IMG/VR virus record: IMGVR_UViG_3300020187_000009
Coordinates: 84,785-148,784 of that record
Strand: one strand, 5' to 3'
Length of the DNA stretch: 64,000 nucleotides
Source: a virus
The stretch's first letter is position 1, and each line of letters begins with the position of its first letter. Of the stretch, positions 1 to 9,717 are shown piece by piece. The notes under the pieces are model-generated. The model did no database searches. It worked only from the letters and a program-made list of their open reading frames with translations, and was not told the origin of the DNA. The position numbers were made by a program, and so were the translations under genes.

Positions 1-14
1 TTAACTAATATTAT

Positions 15-41
15 AACCTGGACGCTAGTTCAGGTTTTTTT
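15..41 (+). terminator. Intrinsic terminator
   Basis: AACCTGGA/TTCAGGTT hairpin followed by a T run. Confidence 0.65.
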
Positions 42-47
42 ATGTGA

Positions 48-130
48 AATTGTTAATAACTTTTTTGAAAATAATTGGCCAAACATTTTTTTGTTTGGCT
101 TTTTTTGTTTATATTAGTACTGTAACTAAA
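48..130 (+). promoter_or_regulatory. Early promoter cassette (repeat family copy)
   Basis: AATTGTTAATAACTTTTTTGAAAATAA...TTTATATTAGTACTGTAA, the same element as the copies at 25.8-30.5 kb. Confidence 0.75.
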
Positions 131-141
131 ACAAATCAAAC

Positions 142-357
142 ATGAATAAAATTAACACTGAAGAAATGCTAAAACAAAATATTCCACTTATCATTGCAGA
201 AGGGATGATAGTGAAAGAAGAATTAGAACGGCAAGGAGCAAAAGAATTAACAGCTCACAGCGATTTAGGAGTAGCTTTAACGGCTAAACAAATGGATTTG
301 GTATGTGAGTATAAAGAAGTAATTAAAACGCTTAAACAATTAAAAAAAGAGATATGA
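142..357 (+). CDS. Hypothetical early protein
   Basis: 71-aa ORF directly after a promoter cassette, A-rich start. Confidence 0.7.
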   Translation: MNKINTEEMLKQNIPLIIAEGMIVKEELERQGAKELTAHSDLGVALTAKQMDLVCEYKEVIKTLKQLKKEI

Positions 358-473
358 TGATAAAAATCCCAAGTGGCAAACAGAATACAACTTTCTGTAA
401 AATACTTCAATAAAAGTTTTTCCGATTCATAAAAAATGATTATATTTACTTATAACAAATTAAAACATACACC

Positions 474-695
474 ATGAACCACGAATTAAATAGAGAAATT
501 GCAGAAAACATTATGAACACGAAGGAGTACCTTACAAAAGAGGAGTACGACTTTTGTTTCGCTCACACTGATGAGGTTAGAATTGATACTTCATATATTG
601 GAGATTATTCTAAGTACGGAGATTATTTAAATCTTAGACTCTATTCAGAGCATGAACACCATGAGGCTCAATACCAAATGGAGATTGGTTGTTAA
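474..695 (+). CDS. Hypothetical early protein
   Basis: 73-aa ORF after a partial promoter cassette (~400-465). Confidence 0.7.
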   Translation: MNHELNREIAENIMNTKEYLTKEEYDFCFAHTDEVRIDTSYIGDYSKYGDYLNLRLYSEHEHHEAQYQMEIGC

Positions 696-696
696 T

Positions 697-1194
697 ATGA
701 GATATTCAAGTAGCGACAGGGGATTTATTAAAGCATGGGGAGACACTCTTTATTTAGGGTATCATGATCTACCATTAGAGGGTGCGACTCAATCTAGAGA
801 ACAGGTAATGTTAGATATGGAAGAACTCGATAGTGTTCCAGAAAATGGAGATGAATGGGAGGAGATACTTGATTGGTTAGTTGATGGTGGTTCTAGAAGT
901 GGAGTTCCTCTTTGGAATAAGACGACCCTTACTCAGTTCTATAAAGAAATTGCAGAGAAGTCCCCTTTGAAAGAGGACTTAATAGTATATAGAACTTCAG
1001 AAAAGGAATTGCCTGGTTTAAATTCATATACAGTAGACAAGGGAGCCTATTTGAATTGACATGTTGATAATTCAGTCGAAAGAGCCTATAAGATTCCTAA
1101 AGGAGAAACAATTATATATGCAAGTGGTCTAGCTGATGAAGGAGAAATGATATGGGCACCAACTGAGGATCAATTAAAAGAATACAAAGTATGA
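697..1194 (+). pseudogene. ADP-ribosyltransferase (R-S-E clade, Alt/VIP2-like) with in-frame TGA at 1057-1059
   Basis: LIVYR and NSYT motifs before the stop; the frame continues for 44 codons with IPKGE and DEGE, ending in an ATGA overlap with the next gene. Confidence 0.6.
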
Positions 1195-1472
1195 ATTTAC
1201 CAACCGATTATACAAAACTAAATGCTAAGCAGAAAAAGCTAGTTAGAGAATTGTATATTAAAGAACAAGATAATAAATGTTGGGCATGTGGTGAATCATT
1301 AAGTGGATCACCTAGACAAGATATAATGGAAGCTAAGATCAATTATAGATTATTCCCACCAGGTTTCTTAAAGAATCCTATTCATCTACAGCATGATCAC
1401 GACACTAATATGACCGAAGGTGTAGTACATGCAAAATGCAACGCCGTTCTTTGGGAATATTTCGGTAAGTAA
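1191..1472 (+). CDS. Endonuclease VII-like / His-Me finger protein
   Basis: CWAC...LQHDHDT...GVVHAKCN motifs. Confidence 0.7.
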   Translation: MNLPTDYTKLNAKQKKLVRELYIKEQDNKCWACGESLSGSPRQDIMEAKINYRLFPPGFLKNPIHLQHDHDTNMTEGVVHAKCNAVLWEYFGK

Positions 1473-2426
1473 ACAAATATAGAATTCGATATATAAATCC
1501 TAATCTTCACGTCTTTCCTATTTAAGATATGTTTGTGGTGAACTTTCTTTGGAAAGCGTGGAGATTTTTTAAGATATATACTATAACCACAAATATATCT
1601 TAAATACAATGATCAATAACCCAACAAACCAACCCTATTTTTACGTAATTACCAACAAAGCAAATGGACGCTATTATTATGGTTCAGGCATATCTGATGG
1701 ATATGAAGGTTCTGGTAAAGTACTCAAAAGAGCTTATAAAAAATATGGTAAAGAATCATTCGAAGGAAAGATTCTAAGGCTATTCAATACAAGAGAGGAT
1801 GCTTTCGAATTCGAAGGTAGATTTCTATCACTCTATAAATTAGATCAGGATCCAATTGCATATAATGTATGTCGAAACGCTAATGGCGGGTATATCTCTG
1901 ATGAAGCCTATGTAAAGAACTCTAAGTTTATGAAAGAATATAGACAAACTAAAGAGGGCTCATTAGGTGGTCTTAAAAATCCACGTGCTAATCAAACAAT
2001 ATATGAATTCTACAATATAGATACTAGAGAATATCGGAAGGCGACTCAACATGAGATGAATCAAAGGGTTGGGGGTACTGGAGCTTCGATGTTTGGTTAT
2101 GTTGTACGAGGATCTTATAACATATATAAGGGTTGGATATTATTCTCGAACTTTGAGCTATTTGGTACGAGAGATAAGTTAAAGGCACAGACATCTAAGA
2201 ATATATCTAATGCCAATAAAGGTAAAAAGAGGCCTAAAACATCAGCCTTGAAGAAAGGAGTTAAATTATCTGAAGAACATAAACTCAACATAAGTAAGGG
2301 TATGCATGGACGTACTCAGGTAAAAGTAACATGTCCACACTGTGGTAAAGTTGGAGGAGCAACATTAATGACCAGATATCACTTTGAAAAATGTAAACAT
2401 AAACAATTATAGAATTCGATATATAA
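1470..2426 (+). mobile_element. Free-standing homing endonuclease cassette bounded by 27-bp direct repeats
   Basis: TAAACAA(A/T)TATAGAATTCGATATATAA at 1470-1496 and 2400-2426. Confidence 0.65.
1609..2412 (+). CDS. GIY-YIG homing endonuclease (Seg-like) with NUMOD3-like segment and C-terminal CPHC zinc finger
   Basis: YFYVITN..NGRYYYG, GSGKVLKRAYKKYG..F, YN; LSEEHK..IS; CPHCGK..RYHFEKC. Confidence 0.85.
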   Translation: MINNPTNQPYFYVITNKANGRYYYGSGISDGYEGSGKVLKRAYKKYGKESFEGKILRLFNTREDAFEFEGRFLSLYKLDQDPIAYNVCRNANGGYISDEAYVKNSKFMKEYRQTKEGSLGGLKNPRANQTIYEFYNIDTREYRKATQHEMNQRVGGTGASMFGYVVRGSYNIYKGWILFSNFELFGTRDKLKAQTSKNISNANKGKKRPKTSALKKGVKLSEEHKLNISKGMHGRTQVKVTCPHCGKVGGATLMTRYHFEKCKHKQL

Positions 2427-2454
2427 TAAATAGTAAAAAATATTGATTACGAGC

Positions 2455-3006
2455 ATGCTAAAAGAAAAATACACAACTGATAAAATCTTAATTTTCGACA
2501 TCGATGACACTATTTTTATCGGAAGCGCAAAAATCATAGTAACCGACTCTAAAACCGGTAAAACTTTCTCACTAACTCCAGAAGAATTTAATGATTATGA
2601 GAAAAATCCAAAGCATATAATTAATTTTGACCAATTCAAATCTTTAGAGATTATGAAGGCTGGAAAGTTAATCGACAAGTATTTTAGTATTCTTAAAAAG
2701 AATTATAATAAAGGAATTGCTATCGGAGTAATAACAGCACGTGATGATCAAAATATGATTTATGAATGGCTAAGGTATCATGTAGGATTTCATATTGATA
2801 AGAAATTAATTTGGGCAGTTAACGACCCAGTACATGGCCTAAAGGGAAATATACAAGAAAGAAAACAAGATGCAATGAAATGGTTCATTGAACAGGGATA
2901 CACTGATATCACTTTCTTCGATGATGATAAAAACAACATAAAATTAATAAAACAACTAGAGAAGGAATTAGGAGTTAATCTGAAGACCCATCTAGCTAAA
3001 AAGTAA
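2455..3006 (+). CDS. HAD-superfamily phosphatase-like protein
   Basis: FDIDDT (motif I), ITAR (motif II), FFDDD (motif IV); ATG at 2455 preferred over TTG at 2443. Confidence 0.75.
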   Translation: MLKEKYTTDKILIFDIDDTIFIGSAKIIVTDSKTGKTFSLTPEEFNDYEKNPKHIINFDQFKSLEIMKAGKLIDKYFSILKKNYNKGIAIGVITARDDQNMIYEWLRYHVGFHIDKKLIWAVNDPVHGLKGNIQERKQDAMKWFIEQGYTDITFFDDDKNNIKLIKQLEKELGVNLKTHLAKK

Positions 3007-3010
3007 GAAC

Positions 3011-4618
3011 ATGAGTACATTTAACGACATCAGAACTAGATTTGAAATGGCAATGGATAAGAAAGCCATCAATGAGGCTAAAAAAGTGGTTTGGAAAGAA
3101 ACAATGAAAAAAGCTTATTTTAATCTATATCCTGAAGGTAAAGGAGGAAGATGGATTAATCCAAGCGGAACTGGAGAAATCATGAGAGCTTATTTTATAG
3201 GTGATAATCCTGAGGAAGAAATTGAGAAATTCTTAGAACTAAACGGAGTTAAAGCCGAATATTATGGTGGATATCTTAAAACTTCAAATGCTTCTGGTAG
3301 TTTCGATTCTTGGGAAATTACAATGAACACTAATTGTAATTGGTTTGGAAAAACCCTAGAATCTGGAGAAACTTACTATATAATTAACGCAAGAAAAACT
3401 TCATCAACAACTTCGGGAGACACTGTAGCCGCTATCGGCGATAAAGATACAACTCCGAATAAACTTGAAATTACCGATATTCAATATCCGACGAAATTAC
3501 AGGCAATAGATGCTACTAAACAATCTATAAAGGCTAAAATTAATGATCAGGATTGCGTTGCATTCATGAATGAATTAATTGATGTTGTTAATAATTTCAA
3601 AACAACAACTGTCAAAGAGGCTAAGGATTTAGCAAACAAAAACACTTCTTATACAATTACACATGATTTCTCAAAATATACAGATATTATTGATAGAGTA
3701 TCAGTATTAAATATTGCTAAAGATTTTGGAGAAGTCCTAGGAGGTATATTAATGTTTAATCTAACTGATAAACATGGAGCTGGTCTGTTATTTCCTGAAG
3801 CATCTAATGAAGCTGTTGTCGATTTTAGATTTGATAAAATGGATGTTTCTTCAAAGGCTGGTAAAAAAGGAGCAACTCCCTCAGCGTCAGGTTACTTGAA
3901 TAAACTGAATGACGCTATAGAAATGAAAGACTGGAAGCTTAATAAAAAAGAGGCTAACTTCATTGAAAACTTTAGCAAAGTTATTTTAGCTAAACAGAGC
4001 GAAGCTAGTAATACAAGATATTGTAAAAGAACTAGAGGTTCAGGTACGTTTAGTAGTACTGTAACTCTATTAAATAATTTTAAGATAAAATCTTGGAACT
4101 ATTGGGCTTCACAAAGTGGAATGCCAACTCAAAATATCGGAAGGGACGATATTATTCATTCGTTTGTTCAATTAAAAAAGGATAAAAAACTCCACGCAAC
4201 TTTAAACTCTTTTTCTAAAATGGTTGGAGGTTTAAAAGGTAACTCTGGAGAAAAATCATCAGCAGGAGCAAAAATGACTGCAAAGTTTTTGTCTACTAAA
4301 AACGAAGAAGAAGCTGTTAAAGTATTAGATGAGATATTAAAAATAGATAAAGCTCCAATATACGATGTGTTAGTAGGTACGGTAATTTATGGATCAACTA
4401 AAGAGTTAGTTCCATTATTAAACAAAGAATTTGGTGAAACTATGTCTGGATTAATTAACATGGCATTTTCAGCTAAACAATTATATCTAGATATGAACAT
4501 TAAAAAAGGATCTTTAATATTCACAATGAAATCTATGAAAACATCTGAATTTGAAATTAAAGGATTAAATGGAGTAGATTCTTGGATTACAAAGGGTCTA
4601 GGCATATCAATGAAGTAG
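3011..4618 (+). CDS. Hypothetical protein, possible PD-(D/E)xK nuclease fold
   Basis: 535-aa ORF; FGEVLG...FP.ASNE..VDF....VSSK pattern; INEA near the N-terminus. Confidence 0.5.
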   Translation: MSTFNDIRTRFEMAMDKKAINEAKKVVWKETMKKAYFNLYPEGKGGRWINPSGTGEIMRAYFIGDNPEEEIEKFLELNGVKAEYYGGYLKTSNASGSFDSWEITMNTNCNWFGKTLESGETYYIINARKTSSTTSGDTVAAIGDKDTTPNKLEITDIQYPTKLQAIDATKQSIKAKINDQDCVAFMNELIDVVNNFKTTTVKEAKDLANKNTSYTITHDFSKYTDIIDRVSVLNIAKDFGEVLGGILMFNLTDKHGAGLLFPEASNEAVVDFRFDKMDVSSKAGKKGATPSASGYLNKLNDAIEMKDWKLNKKEANFIENFSKVILAKQSEASNTRYCKRTRGSGTFSSTVTLLNNFKIKSWNYWASQSGMPTQNIGRDDIIHSFVQLKKDKKLHATLNSFSKMVGGLKGNSGEKSSAGAKMTAKFLSTKNEEEAVKVLDEILKIDKAPIYDVLVGTVIYGSTKELVPLLNKEFGETMSGLINMAFSAKQLYLDMNIKKGSLIFTMKSMKTSEFEIKGLNGVDSWITKGLGISMK

Positions 4619-4619
4619 C

Positions 4620-4787
4620 ATGAATTCAGAGGAATGGAAACATTATGTAGATGTTGGAGAAGTACCATATCATTTCTTTATATCTATGGTAAACACTATT
4701 AAAGAAGGAGGCAAACTAAATAGCCAACATATTGCAGTATACTCTTCACATGCCCGAATCATCGAATTTTTATTGAAACAAAAATAA
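4620..4787 (+). CDS. Small hypothetical protein (55 aa, not in ORF track)
   Basis: ATG 1 nt after the upstream stop, open frame MNSEEWKHY...LLKQK. Confidence 0.5.
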   Translation: MNSEEWKHYVDVGEVPYHFFISMVNTIKEGGKLNSQHIAVYSSHARIIEFLLKQK

Positions 4788-4827
4788 AAACGTAAATATA
4801 AGTTCTATAATACAAACAATATAAATT

Positions 4828-5037
4828 ATGGAAAGTATATTTAAAAAATTCTTGCTAGCAATAATAGCACTATCTGCAATATCTCTAATAATGGCATTAC
4901 CAACACAGTGGTTATGGAACAATTTTCTACTGAATGCTGTAAATGGAGTTAACCCAATTGGATTCTGGCAAGCGCTGGGAATTAATGTATTGTCTTCAAT
5001 TCTCTTTAAAGGCTCAAACAATAATTCTAAAGAATAA
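4828..5037 (+). CDS. Small membrane protein
   Basis: Two hydrophobic segments, LWN..FWQALGI motif; GAAAC-N17-TATAA promoter at 4775-4801. Confidence 0.7.
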   Translation: MESIFKKFLLAIIALSAISLIMALPTQWLWNNFLLNAVNGVNPIGFWQALGINVLSSILFKGSNNNSKE

Positions 5038-5040
5038 AAA

Positions 5041-5361
5041 ATGGAAGCAGTATTAATACTTATAATGTCTTCGATTGCTGTTATTTTAGTAGTGTCTTCT
5101 ATGTCTAACATGTCAAAAAACACAGTACCTGGACATAAGACTTATAAATTCATAAGTACATCAAGTGAGACATATCTAATCCGTGCAGGATTGCTCTCAG
5201 ATGCAAAAAAAGAGGCTAAAAAGATTGAAAAGATGCACAGCGTCGAATGGGATTTAATCGATGAACTAGATGACAACGGAGATAAAATAAGAACTCTTTA
5301 TAAAAAACCAAAAACAAAGAAGACACTGAGTTTATCAAATAAACAGGGTAACGTTAGTTAA
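5041..5361 (+). CDS. Hypothetical protein with N-terminal membrane anchor
   Basis: Hydrophobic N-terminus, tight coupling to the upstream gene. Confidence 0.65.
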   Translation: MEAVLILIMSSIAVILVVSSMSNMSKNTVPGHKTYKFISTSSETYLIRAGLLSDAKKEAKKIEKMHSVEWDLIDELDDNGDKIRTLYKKPKTKKTLSLSNKQGNVS

Positions 5362-5428
5362 ATTAGATATATAGTATGTGAAATCATGTACGTTCACGCA
5401 TAACCTCAAAAAAAGCTAACTAAAAACA

Positions 5429-5614
5429 ATGAAAGAACCTATTTCAGAAGGCAAAATCACAATCGAAGAAAAGCAAATTGCGACGGAGCCTATTGGAATA
5501 GAAGAAACGAAAGTTTACGAGAAGAAAGCACAATACATCGTAAATCTAGAAGAACTTCTAGACACAACAGGCGAAGATGCACATTGGTATTTCGGAGTAG
5601 GTGGTCCAGCTTAA
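5429..5614 (+). CDS. Small acidic protein, monocistronic
   Basis: GATATATA at 5366 upstream and terminator downstream. Confidence 0.6.
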   Translation: MKEPISEGKITIEEKQIATEPIGIEETKVYEKKAQYIVNLEELLDTTGEDAHWYFGVGGPA

Positions 5615-5624
5615 CCGCGGTATT

Positions 5625-5654
5625 AGGGTATCCCAAATGGGGTACCCTTTTTTT
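5625..5654 (+). terminator. Intrinsic terminator
   Basis: GGGTATCCC/GGGGTACCC hairpin plus T run. Confidence 0.75.
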
Positions 5655-5678
5655 ATAAATAAATAGAAATAAATTAAA

Positions 5679-6275
5679 ATGAAAAAAGTAAAATTATTTG
5701 AAGATTTCATTAGTGAAGAATCTAGCGGAGATATATTTAATCCAAAGCGTAATAAGAAAGTCAAGTTTGATCATAAGAAACATCCAGAATTAGCGGGTGA
5801 ATTTTTTGATTTAATATCTACAGCGTACTCTGTAATTGGAGGCCATGCTAAAATTAAATCGCCAGAAGATGTATTCGCTGATCCAGAATGGAATTACTGG
5901 GAGGGCATCGATATACATGGTGATAATGACTTCGATATTATAATGTTTGGTAAGAAAACAAGATTCGGTATTAAATACTCAGGAGTTGGGCATGATGGAA
6001 CGCGAGATGCTAAAAGAAAATACATAGGAGAACGTGGAAAGGAATTAAATAATCTGGGATATTATATTGAAGTTTCAGGTAAACTAGCAGACATCTTAAT
6101 GGACTCATATGACGTACCTGTTGTTTCAGAACATGAAGTAGTTGAAAGTGTATTGGGTAAGAAAGTTAAATGGATTGGTAAAAAAGATGATGGAACTTCA
6201 GGTGCTGGCTGGTATTCAAGAAAGCTTGGAGGTTCTTTACATGATAAAATACTACTAGGAAGACCTAAAGTATAA
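5679..6275 (+). CDS. Putative internal head protein
   Basis: N-terminal MKKVKLFEDFISE leader. Confidence 0.6.
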   Translation: MKKVKLFEDFISEESSGDIFNPKRNKKVKFDHKKHPELAGEFFDLISTAYSVIGGHAKIKSPEDVFADPEWNYWEGIDIHGDNDFDIIMFGKKTRFGIKYSGVGHDGTRDAKRKYIGERGKELNNLGYYIEVSGKLADILMDSYDVPVVSEHEVVESVLGKKVKWIGKKDDGTSGAGWYSRKLGGSLHDKILLGRPKV

Positions 6276-6370
6276 AGTAAATTGTTAACAACTTTATAAA
6301 ATTAAATCACTAAACAGTTTTTTATATCAATTAAATTGTTTATATTTATACTATATAATAATAACAGATA

Positions 6371-6856
6371 ATGAAGATAGCATATTTACATGGACTAGAG
6401 TCCTCAATTGATCCCAAAGATCCTAAAATAATATTTTTAAACGATAATTTTGATGAAGTATATACTCCTTCGATAAATTACAAGGATAATTCAACCTTTA
6501 GTAGATTATTAAATGATATTAGTAAAATGAAACCTGATATCATCGTGGGTTCTTCAATGGGCGGATATATTTCTTATTTAATAGGTTCTAAACTATCAAT
6601 ACCAACACTCTTATTTAATCCAGCAGTTGTTGGTAGAACATTCGAGCCTAATACCGATGACTCTATTGGTTCAACAGGAACAAAAAATTCAGTTTATTTT
6701 GGTAAATCTGACAAAATTATTGATAGATATGCAGTTAAAAAATACTTAGAAACTGAAGGAGTAGGTACCTTTAAGTACTCTAAATACACTGGAGGACATA
6801 GAGTTCCTGCTGATGTATTTATAGATGCAATTAAAAAGACAACAGGTATTAACTAG
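6371..6856 (+). CDS. YqiA/UPF0227-like alpha/beta hydrolase (esterase)
   Basis: YLHG, GSSMGG nucleophile elbow, LFNPA, GGH; early cassette at ~6279-6360. Confidence 0.85.
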   Translation: MKIAYLHGLESSIDPKDPKIIFLNDNFDEVYTPSINYKDNSTFSRLLNDISKMKPDIIVGSSMGGYISYLIGSKLSIPTLLFNPAVVGRTFEPNTDDSIGSTGTKNSVYFGKSDKIIDRYAVKKYLETEGVGTFKYSKYTGGHRVPADVFIDAIKKTTGIN

Positions 6857-6890
6857 ATATATAATAAAGATAATAAAAAACAAACAACAA

Positions 6891-8798
6891 ATGAGTTTTA
6901 TCAATTTTAATAATAGAAAAGAGGATTCTTCGCCGACGTATAGCGCCGATGTGATTAAAGAGGCTCTTAATCTTGTAGAGACTAAGAACACTAACAGGAT
7001 TGAAAAAATGCTAGAAGGTGTTAATACACCTCTTTCCCTAAATGAAGCACTTACTTTTTTTACAACAGGTAAAATAAATGCTATGGTTGCATTAACAACA
7101 GCAGCTGTCGCTTTCGAAAGTGATCTTAACCTTCCAGCTGAAGAGCTAGAAAGCGATCTAGAAGATACTACACCAGAAGTTAAAGATGCTGATGGTAAAA
7201 AATACGTTAAGGCTGAAGACAGATCTGAAGAGACTGAAGAAGTTGAAGATGAGTTGGTTGATGGCGAAGATGGAGCTAAAGAAGTAGCTGAAGGTGATCT
7301 TAACCTTCCAGCTGAAGAGCTAGAAAGCGATCTAGAAGATACTACACCAGAAGTAGTTGACGCTGACGGTAAAAAATACGTTAAGGCTAAAGACAGATCT
7401 GAAGAGACTGAAGAAGTTGAAGATGATCTAGTTGATGGTGAAGATGGAGCTAAAGAAGTAGCTGAAGGTGATCTTAACCTTCCAGCTGAAGAGCTAGAAA
7501 GCGATCTAGAAGATACTACACCAGAAGTTAAAGATGCTGATGGTAAAAAATACGTTAAGGCTAAAGACAGATCTGAAGAGACTGAAGAAGTTGAAGATGA
7601 GTTGGTTGATGGTGAAGATGGAGCTAAAGAAGTAGCTGAAGGTAAGATATCATGGGATTCTTTAATAGAAAAAATTAAAGGAACTAGCGAACATCATACC
7701 GATGACCCGAACGATAAATATATTGTTAAGCCATGTGATGAAGAAGGAACTCCATGGGCTGTTTGGGAAGGAGATGTTAGAGTAGAATGTTTTAAAACTG
7801 AGGAAGAAGCTGAAGCTTATGCTACAGAACAAAATAAAGAACAAGGATTAGATGAAGCTAAACCTGCTGGTCTTTCTAAAAAGGAAACTCTAAAAGTTGC
7901 ACAGAAATTTGCAGATGCTCTTACGAAATTAGATGGTATGAAATATACTGTTAGTTCTGATTATGAAGAAGATTCATTTGATTTAGATATTGAAGATCAA
8001 GACGATGTAGATCCTAGAATAACTGGAGAATACGCTGGAGGTTCATATAATATCAATGATGATGGTTCAGTAGTTAACATGGCAACATGGAATCGTAAAA
8101 CGAATGTATCACCAGTTTATGGTAATATAGATGATGATGTTAAGACTATTATAAAGACTATTAAAAACTTAAAAGAATCAGTAGTTACTGAAGCTATTAA
8201 AGAGGTAACTCTTAGTAATGAGATATTAAATTTTTTAGAAGAACGCGGTGTAATAAAGGCATCAGATTCACAAAAAATTCATAAAGACTTAACAGCATTC
8301 TTAAAGAAAAACTTAAATGAATCAGTAGTTACTGAAGCTAAAGATGATTTTATGGCAAAACATTCCGGAACTAATATTACCCTAAAGAAAGGTTATAAAC
8401 ACCACACTGAAGATGAATTAACAGATTTATACAATAAGATTGGCGAATTAGTTAAAGATGATTTAAAGGTAAAGGATGTTACTATTGTTTTTGAAGCATT
8501 TTCTAGAATGGCTAGTGATACTGTAGAAAATGAATCAGTAGTTACTGAAGCTAAATTCTTTAGATTACCAAAACAATTAAATGCAATGTGGGAATTGAAA
8601 AACTCAGTTGATTATATGGTTGGTAAGCACGATGCTGGTGATGATTATAAACCAGCCGATATGAAAACTATTGAGGAATTTATTAAGAAAATAAAGCAAT
8701 CTGCTAAAGCATTTAAAGATGCAGAAGAAGTTAAAGGTACTGTATACGAAGAATTTGCTTCAGAAGTAAATGAAAGTAAAGTTACTAAAATTCAATAA
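6891..8798 (+). CDS. Acidic modular protein, putative prohead core/internal polyprotein
   Basis: ATG at 6891 after GATATATA at 6856; three 58-aa repeats; three ESVVTEA linkers. Confidence 0.6.
   Translation: MSFINFNNRKEDSSPTYSADVIKEALNLVETKNTNRIEKMLEGVNTPLSLNEALTFFTTGKINAMVALTTAAVAFESDLNLPAEELESDLEDTTPEVKDADGKKYVKAEDRSEETEEVEDELVDGEDGAKEVAEGDLNLPAEELESDLEDTTPEVVDADGKKYVKAKDRSEETEEVEDDLVDGEDGAKEVAEGDLNLPAEELESDLEDTTPEVKDADGKKYVKAKDRSEETEEVEDELVDGEDGAKEVAEGKISWDSLIEKIKGTSEHHTDDPNDKYIVKPCDEEGTPWAVWEGDVRVECFKTEEEAEAYATEQNKEQGLDEAKPAGLSKKETLKVAQKFADALTKLDGMKYTVSSDYEEDSFDLDIEDQDDVDPRITGEYAGGSYNINDDGSVVNMATWNRKTNVSPVYGNIDDDVKTIIKTIKNLKESVVTEAIKEVTLSNEILNFLEERGVIKASDSQKIHKDLTAFLKKNLNESVVTEAKDDFMAKHSGTNITLKKGYKHHTEDELTDLYNKIGELVKDDLKVKDVTIVFEAFSRMASDTVENESVVTEAKFFRLPKQLNAMWELKNSVDYMVGKHDAGDDYKPADMKTIEEFIKKIKQSAKAFKDAEEVKGTVYEEFASEVNESKVTKIQ
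7122..7643 (+). repeat. 3 x 174-bp coding tandem repeat
   Basis: DLNLPAEELESDLEDTTPEV...GAKEVAEG units starting at 7122, 7296, 7470. Confidence 0.95.
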
Positions 8799-8812
8799 AT
8801 ATTGAATATAAA

Positions 8813-9088
8813 ATGAAATACATTAAATTATTTGAACAATTTTTAAACGAAGCAACTATACCAAAGGGTATGAAAAAGCAAGACTTTAAAGATGTTATTG
8901 ACGGAGATCAGGTTGAGTTAATAGACAAAGGTGGTAAAAGATTTGGTTCAACTACCGAAGTTGATAATCATGAGGTTTTTTGGACTAACGGAAAGCAAAA
9001 TCGTGAACTACTCCAAAAGATAGGTGAAATGGAGTTTATTAAACAACTCAAGAAAATCTACGACATTGACGTAAAAGAAGTAATGTAA
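8813..9088 (+). CDS. Putative internal head protein
   Basis: MKYIKLFEQFLNEA leader. Confidence 0.65.
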   Translation: MKYIKLFEQFLNEATIPKGMKKQDFKDVIDGDQVELIDKGGKRFGSTTEVDNHEVFWTNGKQNRELLQKIGEMEFIKQLKKIYDIDVKEVM

Positions 9089-9101
9089 ATAAAGATAAAT
9101 C

Positions 9102-9503
9102 ATGAAACATATTAAATTATTTGAACAATTTATAAACGAAGCTAAAATGCTCTCATTTAAAGATGCGGGTATAACAGATATGATGGATTTAAGTAAAGCT
9201 ATGGATGTACTTAGAGATTCTAAAATTGATTGGAATCAAAAAGGACAGGCATTTGTTTTTGTTTCCTCAAAAGAACATGCATCTGCAATAAAAGCATTAG
9301 GGCTTGATGAATCAGTAGTTGCTGAAGGCTTAAGAAGCGATTTAAAGAAATATATTAAATCTAATCAAAAGCATTTAGATAATTTTGCAGATAACGAAGA
9401 TTGGAACAGCTTGTATACTATGCTGCTGACTGATTTCGGAGTTGAAGACCACGAATCTAGTGAAGCCGATGAATTAAAGACTAATTTTAATATGGTATAC
9501 TAG
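9102..9503 (+). CDS. Putative internal head protein
   Basis: MKHIKLFEQFINEA leader, internal ESVVAEG. Confidence 0.65.
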   Translation: MKHIKLFEQFINEAKMLSFKDAGITDMMDLSKAMDVLRDSKIDWNQKGQAFVFVSSKEHASAIKALGLDESVVAEGLRSDLKKYIKSNQKHLDNFADNEDWNSLYTMLLTDFGVEDHESSEADELKTNFNMVY

Positions 9504-9531
9504 ATCTTATTCTTAACTTAATATAAAACTT

Positions 9532-9560
9532 AATGCAGCCTAACAGCTGCATTTTTTTTT
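9532..9560 (+). terminator. Intrinsic terminator
   Basis: ATGCAGC/GCTGCAT hairpin plus T run. Confidence 0.8.
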
Positions 9561-9717
9561 GCAAAATAAATCACTCTATATTTTTTTATGTCAATCTTTT
9601 TGTTTATATTAGTACTATAGTTAAAGCAATCAAATTTGAAACATCTGTTAAATTACTCATATAAGCTATGTAAAAAATCAACATTTAAATATATTAATTA
9701 TAACCTAACGTAATATT

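Noticed and set aside
652-696. ORF-track start at 652
   Set aside because: It overlaps the upstream gene; ATG 697 directly follows that gene's stop.
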